A stretch of 55,253 nt of DNA, counting the filler, from Dimargaris cristalligena (Eukaryota), in assembly GCA_003614675.1 (NCBI GenBank). It is 2 parts of 2 records of this genome, joined end to end, with 100 filler letters (N's around TTAATTAATTAA, not from the genome) between each part and the next. Parts side by side here need not be neighbours in the genome. Positions count along the whole stretch, not along the records: positions 1 to 27,647 come from ML002516.1; 1 more part is not named here. One strand, written 5' to 3'. Shown here one piece after another: positions 12,943 to 27,647 of the stretch. The position numbers and the translations under genes are program-made. Every line of letters starts with the position of its first letter. Position 1 is the first letter of the stretch. The notes under the pieces are model-generated. The model saw only the letters and a program-made list of their open reading frames with translations. It ran no database searches and was not told where the DNA came from.

Positions 12943-14687
12943 ATGACCGAGCCCTACTGGGGAAAAGGGTAAGTACTTTGCAGTCTCGATCGCTACGAAC
13001 TACCAATGCCTAAAGTACTCGGCATTAAGCACTGTCATGTACTAGTTTTCCTTGTGTAGAACTCTACCCCATTGCAACTTAATTGCTTTACTATTTTTTT
13101 AGTCATGTTACATGAGCGTCAGTCACAGTGCCCCCAGGCCATTTAGTGTGCCATAAGAGGCGGCCTGTCCCCATTCGCCGGGCGTCCCAGTGCCCCTGTA
13201 CTCTTATCGGGTGTACCTTGGCTAGTCCCATTCCGAGTGTCCTAACGACTACAATGTGTTTGCCTATTATTTCTCTCCTTTCTATTGACCGACTGCTTTT
13301 GCAGGACCTCGACTCTCGATTGGTGTGAGGTAAGCATATTTTCTACTGTTATTGATACTCCGGTCTATAAGTTTTCTGCCCCTCCTAACCCTGGTCTGGG
13401 GCAGCCTTTTCTTGCCACCCTGCTCACCCATTGCCTGATTGAGGAAGGGGGAGGAGGAGGAGGAGGAGGAGGAGAAAGGGGCATACGCTGCCAAGCCTGA
13501 AAAATGTCTTGTACTCGAATATTATCCCATGGCTGTTTTCCAATTCCGGCAGCCATATTGTATAGTTTTCTGCCCCTTCGCTGGTATGGTATTGGGTATC
13601 CCCTGGTACCCTAGTGGTAGTATTACTGCCTCGTGCTAGGCACACCTTGCCTTAATATCACGACCCGTGCTTTTTTATCGAGATGTATCCACAAGGAGCT
13701 AGCGTGATTGTTTGTTGACCCGCCCGCATTCTACCCAAATGGACATTAGTCCATCGGACTGTTCATCCAATATACTATTAAGGGATATCGATCAGACAAG
13801 ATCTCTCCCCCTGTGGTACAGTTCTAACCAAACCCCTGCTCCCTTTTACTTATTGCACCATCATCCACCCACCGGACATTTATCTCGAACAGGAAAACTA
13901 TGTCGTGTGCAAGTACATTGCCGAATTCTGGAACACCACCACGAACCTGACCTTCGTGATCCTAGCGCTATTCGGCATTGTCAGTTCCCTCCGCAACCTT
14001 GGTGAGAAACGATTTGTGCTCTGCTACCTTGGAATGCTGATGGTAGGCATTGGGTCATGGTTCTTCCACATGACTTTGCTCTATGAAATGCAGCTCCTGG
14101 ATGAGCTACCCATGATCTACTGTACCTGCTTTTGTCTCTACAGTGTTCTAGAAATGGGCCACAAGCCCCAGTATGGCATCGTGCTACCCTTGGCACTGCT
14201 TACCTACTCTGGCCTGGTGACTGCCATCTATCTGTACAATCGCGACCCCGTCTTTCACCAGGTTAGCTACGCTCTCGAGGTGGCCGTCATTGTCTTCCGC
14301 AACGCCTATCTACTATCCCAAATCCCGGATGGCCACGTCAACCAAGATGGCACCGGCCGTACCGTCCGCTCGGTACTTCGCAGCCTTTTTATCCAAAGTG
14401 CCGTCACTTTTCTTCTGGGGTTTGCCCTATGGAACGTCGACAACGCTTTCTGCACCCAGCTCCGGTTCCTACGGGCGCAGGTGGGAGCTCCATTTGATAT
14501 CCTATTCCAGCTGCACGGCTGGTGGCATATTTTCACTGCTCTCGGCTGCTACCTCTGCATTCTCAATACGGAGTACATGCGAATGGCCTTCCTTGATAAA
14601 CTCACCGAGTTTGAGCTGTCCTATTTGCTTGGAATCGTTCCCTATATTCGCCGGCGGAAGACCATCGCGGCCAGAAAAACCCAGTAA
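12943..14687 (+). CDS. Alkaline ceramidase (ACER3/YPC1/YDC1 family), about 281 aa
   Basis: Exons 12943-12968, 13305-13329 and 13893-14687 join in frame to give [32 protein letters not shown]. CREST-family motifs GIGSWFFHMTL, QLLDELPM and HGWWHIFT are present. Confidence 0.95.
13449..13473. repeat. (GGA)n microsatellite in ceramidase intron 2
   Basis: About 8 GGA units read directly. Confidence 0.85.
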
Positions 14688-15334
14688 TTGAACTCATTCG
14701 CCAAAGGAGGCGTGCAGGTGCTGTCATCATAGACCCTGCATCTCTTCTTCTCTGAATAGTTTAATTTTACCGAATTTTAATACTACATATGGGCCATTCT
14801 AGGGTTGACGATTGGGAGCTTAAACACCTCTCACCGAATTCCGACGTTTAATCCAAGAGACAAGCGCCATGTATATAACCATCCGCTTCTCACTTGTTTT
14901 TCTAATTGTGTTTCGAAACCCCCCTGTTGGGGAATTTGCTAGCCGTTTTTTTTGTCCCCCTAAGTCGCCATTCTGCCCTTACAATTCCTAAACTAATTGG
15001 CGTTCGTGCATTCTTTAAATAATGTTTTATGTTTAACCATCGTTTCTTCTTTACCGTACTTACCGCGGCCGTCTCCCTTTTTATTTACATTGTTATTCTT
15101 TGTCTCAGTAGCTCGGCCACCTAGAGGTCGCTTTATGGTACACTTATAAACCATTATTAAATATATACCTTAGTACGTCATTCTGGTTCGAAAGGGGTGT
15201 GGGGTTATGTTCTTTTTCACTCGGAGTTTATATTACCGACATACAGGCAGAGTTCGCTTTCGGATTTCCAATTTGTGAAAAATAATCTATGCTATATGGC
15301 CACCAGTCTCTACAGCCGATTAATGTCCAAATTA

Positions 15335-15573
15335 AAATTGAACGGGTGAAATTCGGTCCAGCTGTATATAGGGGTTTGAATGATTGCGTACAGCAATATA
15401 AGCGCGCGTTTCATTGTCAACCAGTAATATCTGCCTCATCCAACGGGTTTTTCGTTATACAGCCTGGTTAAATTTCTCCCATTTGTTTGGTATAGAGGAT
15501 GGGTTAGCAACATTCTACATATGGCTAACGAGCAAGATGGGGTGTATTTATTTCGACATTTTAGGATAAACAT
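15335..15573 (+). repeat. Dispersed degenerate repeat, copy 1 (homologous to 32561-32779)
   Basis: Core 15417-15465 matches 32642-32690 at 44 of 49 nt. Flanking blocks GGGTGAA-TTC...AGCTG and TTTTAGGA-AAACAT are also shared. Confidence 0.75.
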
Positions 15574-17328
15574 GCTGCGGTTATTAATAGATATATGTAC
15601 CCGCTCCGTACTTATCCGCTTTCCGAGCCCACCCGAGTCCCGGATTCGGCTACTTAAATTTCACTGGCATGGCATCAATAATGGTAGCCAACAGCTCTAC
15701 TTAACCCAGCTCTTTAATATGCAATTAAAACTATCGACTGTTTAATGGAGTACCCAGATTACTTCGCCAATCTGGATGTCTCTTGAGATTCCATCACCTC
15801 GACATAGTTACCTTTGGCGGATAAATATAAATAAATCGGAGAAATGCATGCTATGCGATTGTGACCAACCGGGTAGCTGGGCTCGGTCATCGGCCAGGCA
15901 TAGTCTCATTAGATGATAACCATTGGGGCGGATGTGGGTGGCTCGTTTAAATGATGCTTCGAGTAGTCGAGCCCCATTTGGACTGCCTGTAGATATAATT
16001 AGGGCCCGGCTATGCGTTGGGGATTACATATACTTATGCCAGATAATAAACATGATGTATGTTGGTGAAACGCGACAGTCAGCCTTGCTGATGTGTAGCA
16101 GTTCTATACATAATATTGATGTGATAATGGATACCAGACATATGGACACATCTTTACCAAGGGCCGCTTAAGCATCTTCCCATAGCCCATTACTCCACCC
16201 GAAGCATTTCGACCTTAGAACAATAATAAAGCGGCTTTTCCCAATTTAAACTACTAGATGGCTAAAAGTACTTGCTCGGTTCCTGACTCCACAGCAAGAT
16301 GGATTTCGTTGAGTGAGTAATGAGGGGCAGCGGCGCGATGCGTCTGTCACCTCCTGTGGCCATTATGTAGAAGTGCAGCGCTTTTAGCAGGAGGAAGTGG
16401 GGGAATAGGTTCCAATTCCGATAACCTGGCCTTTGTGGATCGGGGAATTGTACTACTAGGCTTGATGGGTGGGGAACTGCTGCTCGCCATCGCTGACTGG
16501 GCCAAGGTTCAATAATGAAATCAACGAGGAGGGCGGAAATTTCCCACTGGAAGTAGCTACATCGGTGATGTCCGCCTGAAGAGTGAGTCTTCTACTCAAC
16601 TGAACGAAGTGTGTATTCCCCTAGGCGCCCTTTGGCGTTGAATTAGGCCGACTTCAATATATAATAAAGTACCTAAAGGTGAAAGTAGTCGAGAAGTATC
16701 GGAGATGTTCCTAATGAGAATGGGTTAAGAAGCGTGGCGGAGGCTGGGCCAGTATAGTATAAATTGGGATTCCTAGTATTATAGTGTGGTAGCCAGCTAC
16801 GCGCAATAGAGACCCAATTGTGATGCTTTTTGGGGGGCTACTGTGGTGTGTGGTAAGGGGGTTTGCCGCAAAGGGGGTAAAGGATTGTCCGCCTAATACA
16901 TAATTAATAATGCGAACATTCGGAATTGAACGGAGGGGTAAAATGAATAACAGCTTGGCCAAGATGGAGAAATCCGTGATTTGGGTCCAACAACGTGTTT
17001 ACCAACTATCAATAGTACCTGCAGAGAAGGAGGAGATACAAGGCTTCCCCAAACAGGTTTATATACATTAGTGCCTCAAGCGTATTAGAAACAGGTTATA
17101 TTCTAGTGGGGTATTAACCCCCCCCTCACCACTACTACTAATAAATATTCAGCGTTCCTCCCCTACATATATTGTGGTCCCATGTGCTTCGTCGGATTGG
17201 TCGATTGTCTATTGTAGTGCTCCCGTCCCACCCGATCCCATTGCCGGGACTTTCGCTGGTCTATTCGTCATTCTGAATAGCCTCTTTCCTTTGTATTCCT
17301 CTCTTTTCGCCCCATTCCGAACGGAGCC

Positions 17329-19323
17329 ATGCACATTGTCGTTCTCGGCGGTGGACTTTCCGGCCTGTCCACCGCCCATTACCTGGCCCGCCGGCTATTA
17401 TTGCGGCCGGGTGGTCCAGCCGTGACGCAGGGAGGAGGGTCCCAGTTCAAAATCACCGTTTTGGAAGCCCAGGATCGGTGGGGCGGTTGGGTCGATACTC
17501 GCTTCGTACCCCTTTCCAACCCAGAACCCTTTTCCGTAGCCGGCGGGGAGGAGGAGGGGTCAAGTCCAACCTCCGCGGTGCCACCGTCCACCGCCTCGGT
17601 GCTTTTTGAAACGGGACCACGGACGTTTCGGCCGTCGGGTTCGGAAGCCACCCCCATGCGGCAACTATTAAGTTCGCTGGACCTGTACTCCGACGTGGCC
17701 ATTTGTAGTCGCGCGTCCGCCAGTGCCAAGAACCGGTTTATCTACTATCAGAACCAGCTTAACCGACTGCCAACCGGCCCCGCGTCCCTGCTTTTCCAAC
17801 GGCCTCCGCCACCTATTCTCCGGGGTCTCTGGGGGGAGTTGTTCCGCGAACCGTGGCGGGTCCGCCAGTATCCGTTTGACACCCCGGGGTTTGCGGTAGA
17901 CGAACGAATGGACCCGGCGTCGCCGGTCTCCCAATTCGGGGTGCCAGCCGAGGGTGACTACAGCGACGAATCAATTCATCGGTTTATGACCCGCCATTTC
18001 GGGCCCACCGTCGCCGATAATCTGGTATCAGCCATGATCCACGGTATATACGCCGGGGACGTGCACAACCTCAGCGTGGATTCGACGATGCGCTGGCTCA
18101 AGGATCTCGATCGCCAACACGGCTCTCTCTTGCTCGGTCTTTTAGCCACCGCTACGGGACTGGGGGGGTCGTCGACCAAGCGTCACCCAGCATCGTCTGC
18201 CCACGGTCCCAATTCGGATTCCGATGCCAGTTCGGCGCTAGGGGGAGACGGAGGGATAATAGGAGATCCTGGTCGGTTTTGGTCCGAACGCGCAGCCCAG
18301 CTGAACAAGCGCTACCTGCAGGAACACCAAGCCACCACCGAAAATGAACAGACCCCGTTTTGGCAACGAATGGCCAAGGGGAGTGTCTATTCCTTCCACC
18401 AGGGCTCGTCCACCCTCATTCAGGCGCTGGTCGATGATTTATCCCAGTACCCCACTGATCAGGTCCAGTTGGCTTTTGGCCGACCCGTCCACCGGGTCGA
18501 AGTGCACAACGGCGGACCCGGCGGATCCGGGCATGTTGCTGTCCATACCAGCGATACGAATTCCCCCATCCAGGCCGATCATGTCATCAGCGCCCTCCCC
18601 GGGGCCCAACTCCATAAAATTTTGGCCGACCAACCTCTACCGCTGTTGAACCACAACCCCAACGTGGACATGGCCGTTGTCAATTTTGCTTACGCCGGGC
18701 GCCGGAGACCGGTGGACGGATTTGGGTATTTAGTACCCCAGTCGGTGACCACCCCCGTCCTGGGTGCCGTCTTTGATTCCTGCAGCTCCCCCGAGCAGGA
18801 TCAGCTGTGGAACAACAACGGTGGTGGCGCTATCAACCGGCCTAACCACCCTTCTAATACCACCGTCGATTGCTCCGCGACTTCCCCTCCACTGGACCGG
18901 ATCACCGTGCTCATGGGCGGCTACCGATTCGAGGAAATGTTAGGTCATCCCGCTACCTATTTCCAGAACCCCGAGGGTCTTGCCTATTTGCGTCAGCGGG
19001 CGCAGTCCATTCTCGACGATCACATCGGGCCCGTACCCACCGGTCAGGACGCCGAACTCGTGGCTTCCCATGTGCAAATCAACCGCCAGTGTTTGCCCCA
19101 GTATGTCGTGGGCCATCGCGCCCGGTTACAGGCCCTCCGGCGCCAGATGGGCGGCGATCGCTTTGCCCACCGTTTGTCGGTCACGGGAGCTTCGTATCTC
19201 GGACCGTCCATGAATGCGTGCGTATTGCAGGCCCGCCAATTGGTGGATGATTTGGTGGAAGTGGGGGCACTCAGTCAGCGTCGCGAAACAATTGTCACTG
19301 GCATTGATCGGTCGTTGATTTAG
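17329..19323 (+). CDS. HEM14: Protoporphyrinogen oxidase, 664 aa, single exon
   Basis: FAD-binding motif VVLGGGLSGL, then FETGPRTFRP, KNRFIY, DESIHRFMTRHFG, MIHGIYAGD, GFGYLVP, LGAVFDS and CLPQYVVGH. Confidence 0.95.
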   Translation: MHIVVLGGGLSGLSTAHYLARRLLLRPGGPAVTQGGGSQFKITVLEAQDRWGGWVDTRFVPLSNPEPFSVAGGEEEGSSPTSAVPPSTASVLFETGPRTFRPSGSEATPMRQLLSSLDLYSDVAICSRASASAKNRFIYYQNQLNRLPTGPASLLFQRPPPPILRGLWGELFREPWRVRQYPFDTPGFAVDERMDPASPVSQFGVPAEGDYSDESIHRFMTRHFGPTVADNLVSAMIHGIYAGDVHNLSVDSTMRWLKDLDRQHGSLLLGLLATATGLGGSSTKRHPASSAHGPNSDSDASSALGGDGGIIGDPGRFWSERAAQLNKRYLQEHQATTENEQTPFWQRMAKGSVYSFHQGSSTLIQALVDDLSQYPTDQVQLAFGRPVHRVEVHNGGPGGSGHVAVHTSDTNSPIQADHVISALPGAQLHKILADQPLPLLNHNPNVDMAVVNFAYAGRRRPVDGFGYLVPQSVTTPVLGAVFDSCSSPEQDQLWNNNGGGAINRPNHPSNTTVDCSATSPPLDRITVLMGGYRFEEMLGHPATYFQNPEGLAYLRQRAQSILDDHIGPVPTGQDAELVASHVQINRQCLPQYVVGHRARLQALRRQMGGDRFAHRLSVTGASYLGPSMNACVLQARQLVDDLVEVGALSQRRETIVTGIDRSLI

Positions 19324-19956
19324 GAGAGTTTCCCCCCTCCTTTTTTTCATATTCGTTAGTTTAATGCATCACCTGGTCTAGGATAACATTTGGGCCCGGT
19401 AGCTCTAGGCATCGCCGCTGTTCCCTCTTTGATCCTTGGTATTGGCAATTTCATCGCGCTCGTTTATCTGGTCACATCGGGTGGCTACCATAATCGAGCT
19501 TTGGACATTCCCGGTTCCACCATCAAATAGAAGTACTTTCCTTTCTTTTTGTTTCTTAGCCTTATTTTTGTTTTGATATTTGTAGTCTCTAGAGCGATTC
19601 ATATTAGTTTGGTTGTCTCTTTCACATTCATAGATTAGATCGTATACATTCTTAATGGCTTGTCAATAGAATCGAAGACATGTTACAAATCCATTGCATT
19701 GCCATTATATATTAAAAATACCCATGAGTGAAACCTACTTGCTGTTGCGATATAATTTATTTAATAGCCGCTGAGATTATGCTCAACCCAAGCCCATCAA
19801 ACTTAGGGCCAGTGCTGTAAACCTTCCGGGTTAAAGATCCATGCCAAGAATAGGGATGGCAAAATCCCAGGTAAAAAAAACAAGAGCCCGAATTTCGCAA
19901 GAAATCGACAGCCCCATATATAAATTGAAGGGGGGGGGGCATGTATAGGTCTACGC

Positions 19957-21728
<1,772 letters not shown>

Positions 21729-22435
21729 TCAGAATTGATAGGCCCAATCGGCTCTAAGGCTGACTAATGGTCACAGCACTATGAGGTGGTGCTACTGAGG
21801 TAAACCCGCGCACCTGAACTCGGATTTACGATGTTTATTAACTGGGCTGACTCAGATGGTGGCGTATCCTGGGTTCGTAATCGAATCGACTATTTATAAG
21901 AATACTGTGGGCCAGCCGTAACTGCCCTATTTGAGGGTTCGCGGGGCCATTTCAAGCACAGTTACTAAGTGATTTTTCAATGACATGGCGTGTCACCCCG
22001 TCAGAATTGTGGTCATTTCTACGCATGATTTAGTCAGCGAGTCATCGCCCGTTCAAACATGTATTGATGTATATCCCTCAGGAATTCAAAGTATACACCA
22101 TTGCTATTGACTGTGGTGGAGTAGCAGCACCCATCATGGGTGTTAAAAACCCAATGGCTGGTCCAACTAAAAGGACGCTGGTGAGGGTAGCCTATTGCAG
22201 CGGGTGCTTGCGTTGCCCCAGTCGGTAGTACAATGAGCCTCACCAACTATACTATCCCTTCTGGTGCCGTTGAAACCCAATCCCCCTTAACAGAAGGAGG
22301 GGCAGTGCGATTCGGCTATGATTCAGTGATTTATGTGGAAATAGACTACCATGTCCCACATATTTCTCTTTCCCACCTCATTTCTTTTCCTTGCGTAGGG
22401 ATTCTCCTTCGTCACTTTGAACAAGCAACTTGGAC

Positions 22436-25043
22436 ATGTCGGTATTAAGCGAAGACCGGCAGCATTTGGGAACCCAGGTTGCGAAGGTTTGCCTGGAGCA
22501 GTACCACCGTCTACCCAAAAAGGGTAAACCAACGGCCCGCGGTAGCCAGAAGCACGAGTGGACTACTGTAGCGGGCTTTGTGCTCGAACGGCCTGGCAGT
22601 AAGTCGGTTAGTTATTCGTTGGGAAAACAGCGGTGCTGCTATATTGTCTGGTAATATACCCAAACTATCTCACCCCATCACATGGCTAACCGTTTTTTGG
22701 TATTTACACCATGTTATAAATGGTATTTTAACCACCCGTGGATACTTTTCCCATACCCCTCCTATTATGTTGCTATATACGCCCAATCCTCTCGCCCTAC
22801 CTGTACCCTAATTAGATGGATTTTCGTGTGTAGCTCTAGGGTAATATATCTAAATTTACTATACGACCGCATGGAGTCTTCAACCCAACACCCCCCCCCC
22901 CAAGGCCAACCAAGTCAAATATATATATGTATATATTACTTGAATGGCTCGGTAATAGTAGTTTCTCGATTGCTGATGAGCTGCCAAATATATTCTACCT
23001 ATACCTCTTGCCTCCACTAGAACTGGATTGAAATGCCTGAGCCAAACGAGGTTGGTTCGCTCAGGCGATGTGGTGCACGATTGGCACGGCGAAGTAGTTG
23101 CCAGGCGCTGTCTTGTCCGGTAAGCCCCGCTGCTTAGCATCACTCTGTATTAAGTTCACCGTTAAGCTCAAATTTACAATATAAGATACTATTTTAATTC
23201 CGAAATCCGATAATGCTTCTATTTATTAATCCTTTGCATACCATACGGTATAACCGGTTATTATTATTATTATTATTGCATTTCTTCCATGGGTTGTACT
23301 ATTTGTCGATAGTTATCTATTTCAACAGATACGATTAACACTGTCCTCGCCTGACTCGGACGTTGGTATTTTCGAGATTATCGAGCCTAGTGGGCAAAGC
23401 CCTCGACTTAAACTGCGCTCGTCTTTAAAATTTCATTTTTACGTCAGCCAATCCCCATGTAAGTCCTTAAATCAGTCCCGTATACTACTGTCCCGCCCGG
23501 TTGGACCTCCTCGCAATAGGTACCTGCCCTATGGGTCGACCATAATCGTTGAATCGATCTGACCCGTGTTAAATCTACTTGACGGGGCTGCGAATGCTAC
23601 CCATGCTATTGTTTTTTGTCGGTTAGGTGGGGATGCCAGTATGGATTCACATATTGAGTCCGTCAACCAAGATCCCGCCAAGGTTGCCCAGGCTGAAACG
23701 GCCCGGTCCACGTCTGGTCCTACCGAATTGCCGGACAAGGTCTCAGTAAAAAAGCGGAAGTTGACCACTGAACCAAATTCCTCGGCACTCCCATTTCAAA
23801 GGGGGCGAGAGAATATGTACTGTTTATCCGCCCTCCGTACCAAACCTGGTAAGCCTTAGGCGCAGTCTTTATTATCGGTTACTCCTTATTATTCCGGTAA
23901 CTTACAAAGGCCCCCCGAAAAATATTGGCGTTGGAGTTTTCTTAGAAACAGTTTGATCTCACTGGCTGACTTACCCCCCCCCCCCCCCCCGTAATATGTT
24001 TTGCTATTTTCTTTGATCCTTTGGTAAAGGCCGACGGGATGCTGAGGATACAACTTCCATGTCTTGTAGGTTAGTAACTGTTCATTAATAGGGACATCGC
24101 GCGCATATTCAAACGCATATTAGTATACATGGCTGCTAGTGGTCAGTCTGCTCAGTTCATCAATATCACTTGGCTGATTAATCGCTGTCTAGCCCTTCTT
24201 CCTTGTATACGTGCGTGAATACTCATCGATTTAGTGACAAGCTAGCCCGGTGGATTCTACTGGGTTTCCAATCGACACTACTGTCATACCTAATCGAACC
24301 CATCTTTGTCGACTCCATCACGGTGGGTGACTGGTTTGATGAACAGGGTTTACGGCGGGCTCTTGTGACGCGAGTGTTGGACTACGGGGTAAAGGGACGC
24401 TGGCCCGAGATTTTTAAACCAATGGGGGAGGCTTTCCCTTTTAGCCAATTTAACTCCGAATTTACGGCCAACCATGTAAAAACCATACCTGCCGATGCCG
24501 GTAAGTACCTCTGTGAACATACCATATTTACTGACCCTTTACTATATTTGTACTGGCAGCGGAACGTCCATTCTTATGCTTATAACCACCTGAACAGAAC
24601 AGGGTTGAATTAACATCGCAATATTTACATCCTTGGATGCACCTCTCCTTAATATACACTTATCCATCGTAGGCCTGGCCTGGTATCAGGGTCTCAAAAC
24701 ACCCGAGGTCATTGTCGCGGGGCGTAAACAGGGAGCTTCCCCAAATAACCTAGGTCAATATTCCCCCAAGTGTCGATCGGAGCTTTGTAAAAAGGCCATG
24801 CTGGAGGAGTTCCAGGCTGTATTAGAGAGCTGGGTCCAGTACCTTGACGGACATTCCTGTAATGATACGGCCCGGGAAGTTCGGAATCGTCTACAGGAGT
24901 TAAAGTCCGGGGCGACCTATTCTTTTGTTAAGCAATGGCCCACCCAATACCGGGAATCCCAGAAGCGACTGATGGAAACCGTTTTTAACAATTGGCAACG
25001 AACTCCCGACTATGTGGGACAGTTCACACTGGACTCCGATTAA
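22436..25043 (+). CDS. TAD1: tRNA-specific adenosine deaminase 1 (ADAT1/Tad1), 8 exons
   Basis: Exons 22436-22598, 22816-22840, 23021-23119, 23313-23458, 23627-23848, 24030-24069, 24235-24500 and 24673-25043 phase correctly. Motifs LPKKGKP, EWT, ALGTGLKC, HDWHGE, FHFYVSQSPCGDAS, LRTKPGR and SMSCSDKLARW..LGFQ. No dsRNA-binding domain. Confidence 0.93.
23974..23990. repeat. Poly-C tract (17 nt) in a TAD1 intron
   Basis: Read directly. Confidence 0.9.
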
Positions 25044-26014
25044 CCAGAATAGATATGGGACGAGGGAATCATTGTTGATGCTGGGGCATATCCGATGGAT
25101 ATCATCTACTCGCTGGTGTTGTGTGTGACTGACTGGACTCCGTATTATCAAACTCCATTGGTTTTTACTTTGATGACAATTTATGTATATAATGATATTA
25201 AGGCAATGCCACACTCTCTTTGTTGTTGAAATCTGGGCTAATAGTTATTAAAATGGGCAGGGGTGAGTAAGCCAGCCCACCTCGTAGTATGTAAACATTG
25301 CCTGCTTTGGCGATAGTCAGGGTATCACTGGAATGAACTGCATGTACTCCATCAAATACCCATTCGGAAGGTCAGGAGAATTGGGGGGCATCAGCCTCCA
25401 GCCAATATGGCACAATACCGCCAAATACTATGGTGGGGTTTGCAATTCGCCCCAGCAGCACATGACTGTTCGCTGTTTAACTTGACCAGCGTCGCTAAAC
25501 GGCCAGGAAATGTCCCAACCTAAAGTGTATTGGAAGTGCCATAAATCATATTGACACTAATACGGCCAATGATTTAATTGGTCAAAAGGAGGTCTAATCT
25601 ATTAGGGATTTGCTGAAGGGGTAGGCATATTACTGGGCGGGGGGATTATATATCCCGAAGATAAACCAGAAATCGGGAAGCAAGGGATATAACACGCGCC
25701 ACCGAATTGTGCCCAGTGAGCGTCAGACGTTAGTTATAGAACTGGAGTTTCCCCTCCCCAAAGCAGCAGCAGTCTGGCCTCCCCATACCGTTCACTATAA
25801 TACCACCACCCTAAGGGTTTCGGGTGGGTTCACCTGTTTGTTGGCTCCATTCCCTTTGGTTCAGCAGGCCATTTTTCCCAGTTATATACATACGCTTTCC
25901 TACTTTGACCTAGTCCTTGTACCCGCCTTAAACAGCAGTGTTCCAGACCCCCCCCCTCTCTCACAACTGCTCGTTAGCCTCATTTCTCCTCATACTCTCC
26001 CCCCTTCTAAACGA

Positions 26015-27417
26015 ATGTCATTCACAGGCACTCCCCAGGCATTGGCCAGGTCCCTGACTCACGCCCGAATAATACCGAGGGTCAGTCTTTGGGCCTTCTG
26101 TGGTCGAGTTTCTCGACCAGGTCTCGCGATTGGCCGCATTCCCTGCCATTACCAGACCCCTTTGATTCCTGTTCGCAGCTTGGCCCTACATGCCAGGCAA
26201 GTCGAGGAACAGCCAGTCGCCCCAGTGGCCACCCTTCGAGACCGGACCCCCACAGGTAAGGCTTAGATTGAGTGGCTTGAGCGCCAGATTAGTATGGCCT
26301 CGGTCACTTACTGGAAATAGGAGGGTCACATGTTACCTTGCTATCGGGTTTGTGAATCGGCGGCATTTGGTTACTCCAGTGACACTACATTGCTGGATGG
26401 ACTGCCCATGTGAGTCGGCCTTTCGTATAGGGACATGGGCCTGGATAGTCCATTGCGAAAGTGCCGAGTAGAAGCAAAAAGAAATGATTAAGAAGGAAAA
26501 AGAGCTTAGGGTAGGAGTAGTGAAGGGCGCTCGGCCCCGCTTTTTATGGACAAGCTCAGGCCAGGCAGGTCCTTTCTGTCCGAGTGCTCCCCTTATATAT
26601 CCAAATCAATTATCCCCCCTTTCCTTTTTTTTGGTTATTAATCTTTGGCTTCGTTCCCCCTGAGATGACCAAAGCGGCCCTCAATGCCCTTGCTAATGTA
26701 TGAACACGCCCCTTAAATCCCCAACTTATCTTCATGGATGTGTATGTCCGCATGCCTATATTGTACGTTACTTTAACTTATATTTGCCTTTAGGTGAGGG
26801 TCCGGAGTCTGTGTACCATTCACTAGTTCAAAGTGGTAAACTAAAAGACGATGAATTCCAGCGATCGATAGTGGCAATACTCCAGGAACTACACGACCAA
26901 CTTAAGGGGTACCAGCCGCGGCCCAACACCTCCTCGGCGTCATTGATTGGCAAAGTAGGTGACTCTGTTTATCTGGTCATTCATTTAGACTGTTATCGCA
27001 TGCCATCTAATCTCGATGGACCGGCAGCCGCGGAACGTCATGTCAGCCTGACATCCCTCCTCCCCTGATCTACACTGAAGGCTTGCCGGATAGGGTGCTC
27101 CACTCATACGGCATTCCATTTGTTTAACATTGTGGGGATGTTACTATCGAGCTAAAGCGGTATCTAAAACCAAATTTTCTATATCGTCTTTGCCATCCAC
27201 TTTGATCTTTCTTAAATCGAAATCGGGGGTTTCTAGCTATCGGGCTTCTTCTCCAGCCCCGTACGGGAGACTTCCACCGCGACCCCCAATAGTCTGTACC
27301 TGTACGGCGATGTCGGAACAGGCAAAACGATGCTCATGGACATGCTCTACAACACTCTCGAAGTAGAGCGAAAGCAACGAATTCATTTTCATGCTTTCAT
27401 GCAGGACGTTCATCAAA
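26015..27417 (+). CDS. AFG1: AFG1/LACE1-family mitochondrial ATPase, 5' part only (cut by the assembly gap)
   Basis: Exon 26015-26255 is Arg/Ser-rich and presequence-like. Exon 26794-26954 encodes Y..LV..GKLKDDEFQ. Exon 27237-27417 encodes SLYLYGDVGTGKTMLMDM (Walker A) and KQRIHFHAFMQDVH, followed by a GTAAGC donor with no downstream exon before the gap. Confidence 0.9.
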
Positions 27418-27647
27418 GTAAGCCTCTACTGTACCAATATATCCGCGCCATACGGGTCCTGGGGTTATGTTTTATTTCACGGGGTAACCACCACTGTGGT
27501 TAGGGGCAGGGGTGCATCACAGTTAAGGGTATAATATATAATAATAGAAAAAATAATATAATAATGAAAATGGAGGAAAAATGACCATTCTCGTCAGGGG
27601 CAGGGGCTCATTCACTTGTCAGGGGCGTACTTCCGATAAGTGCGAAA

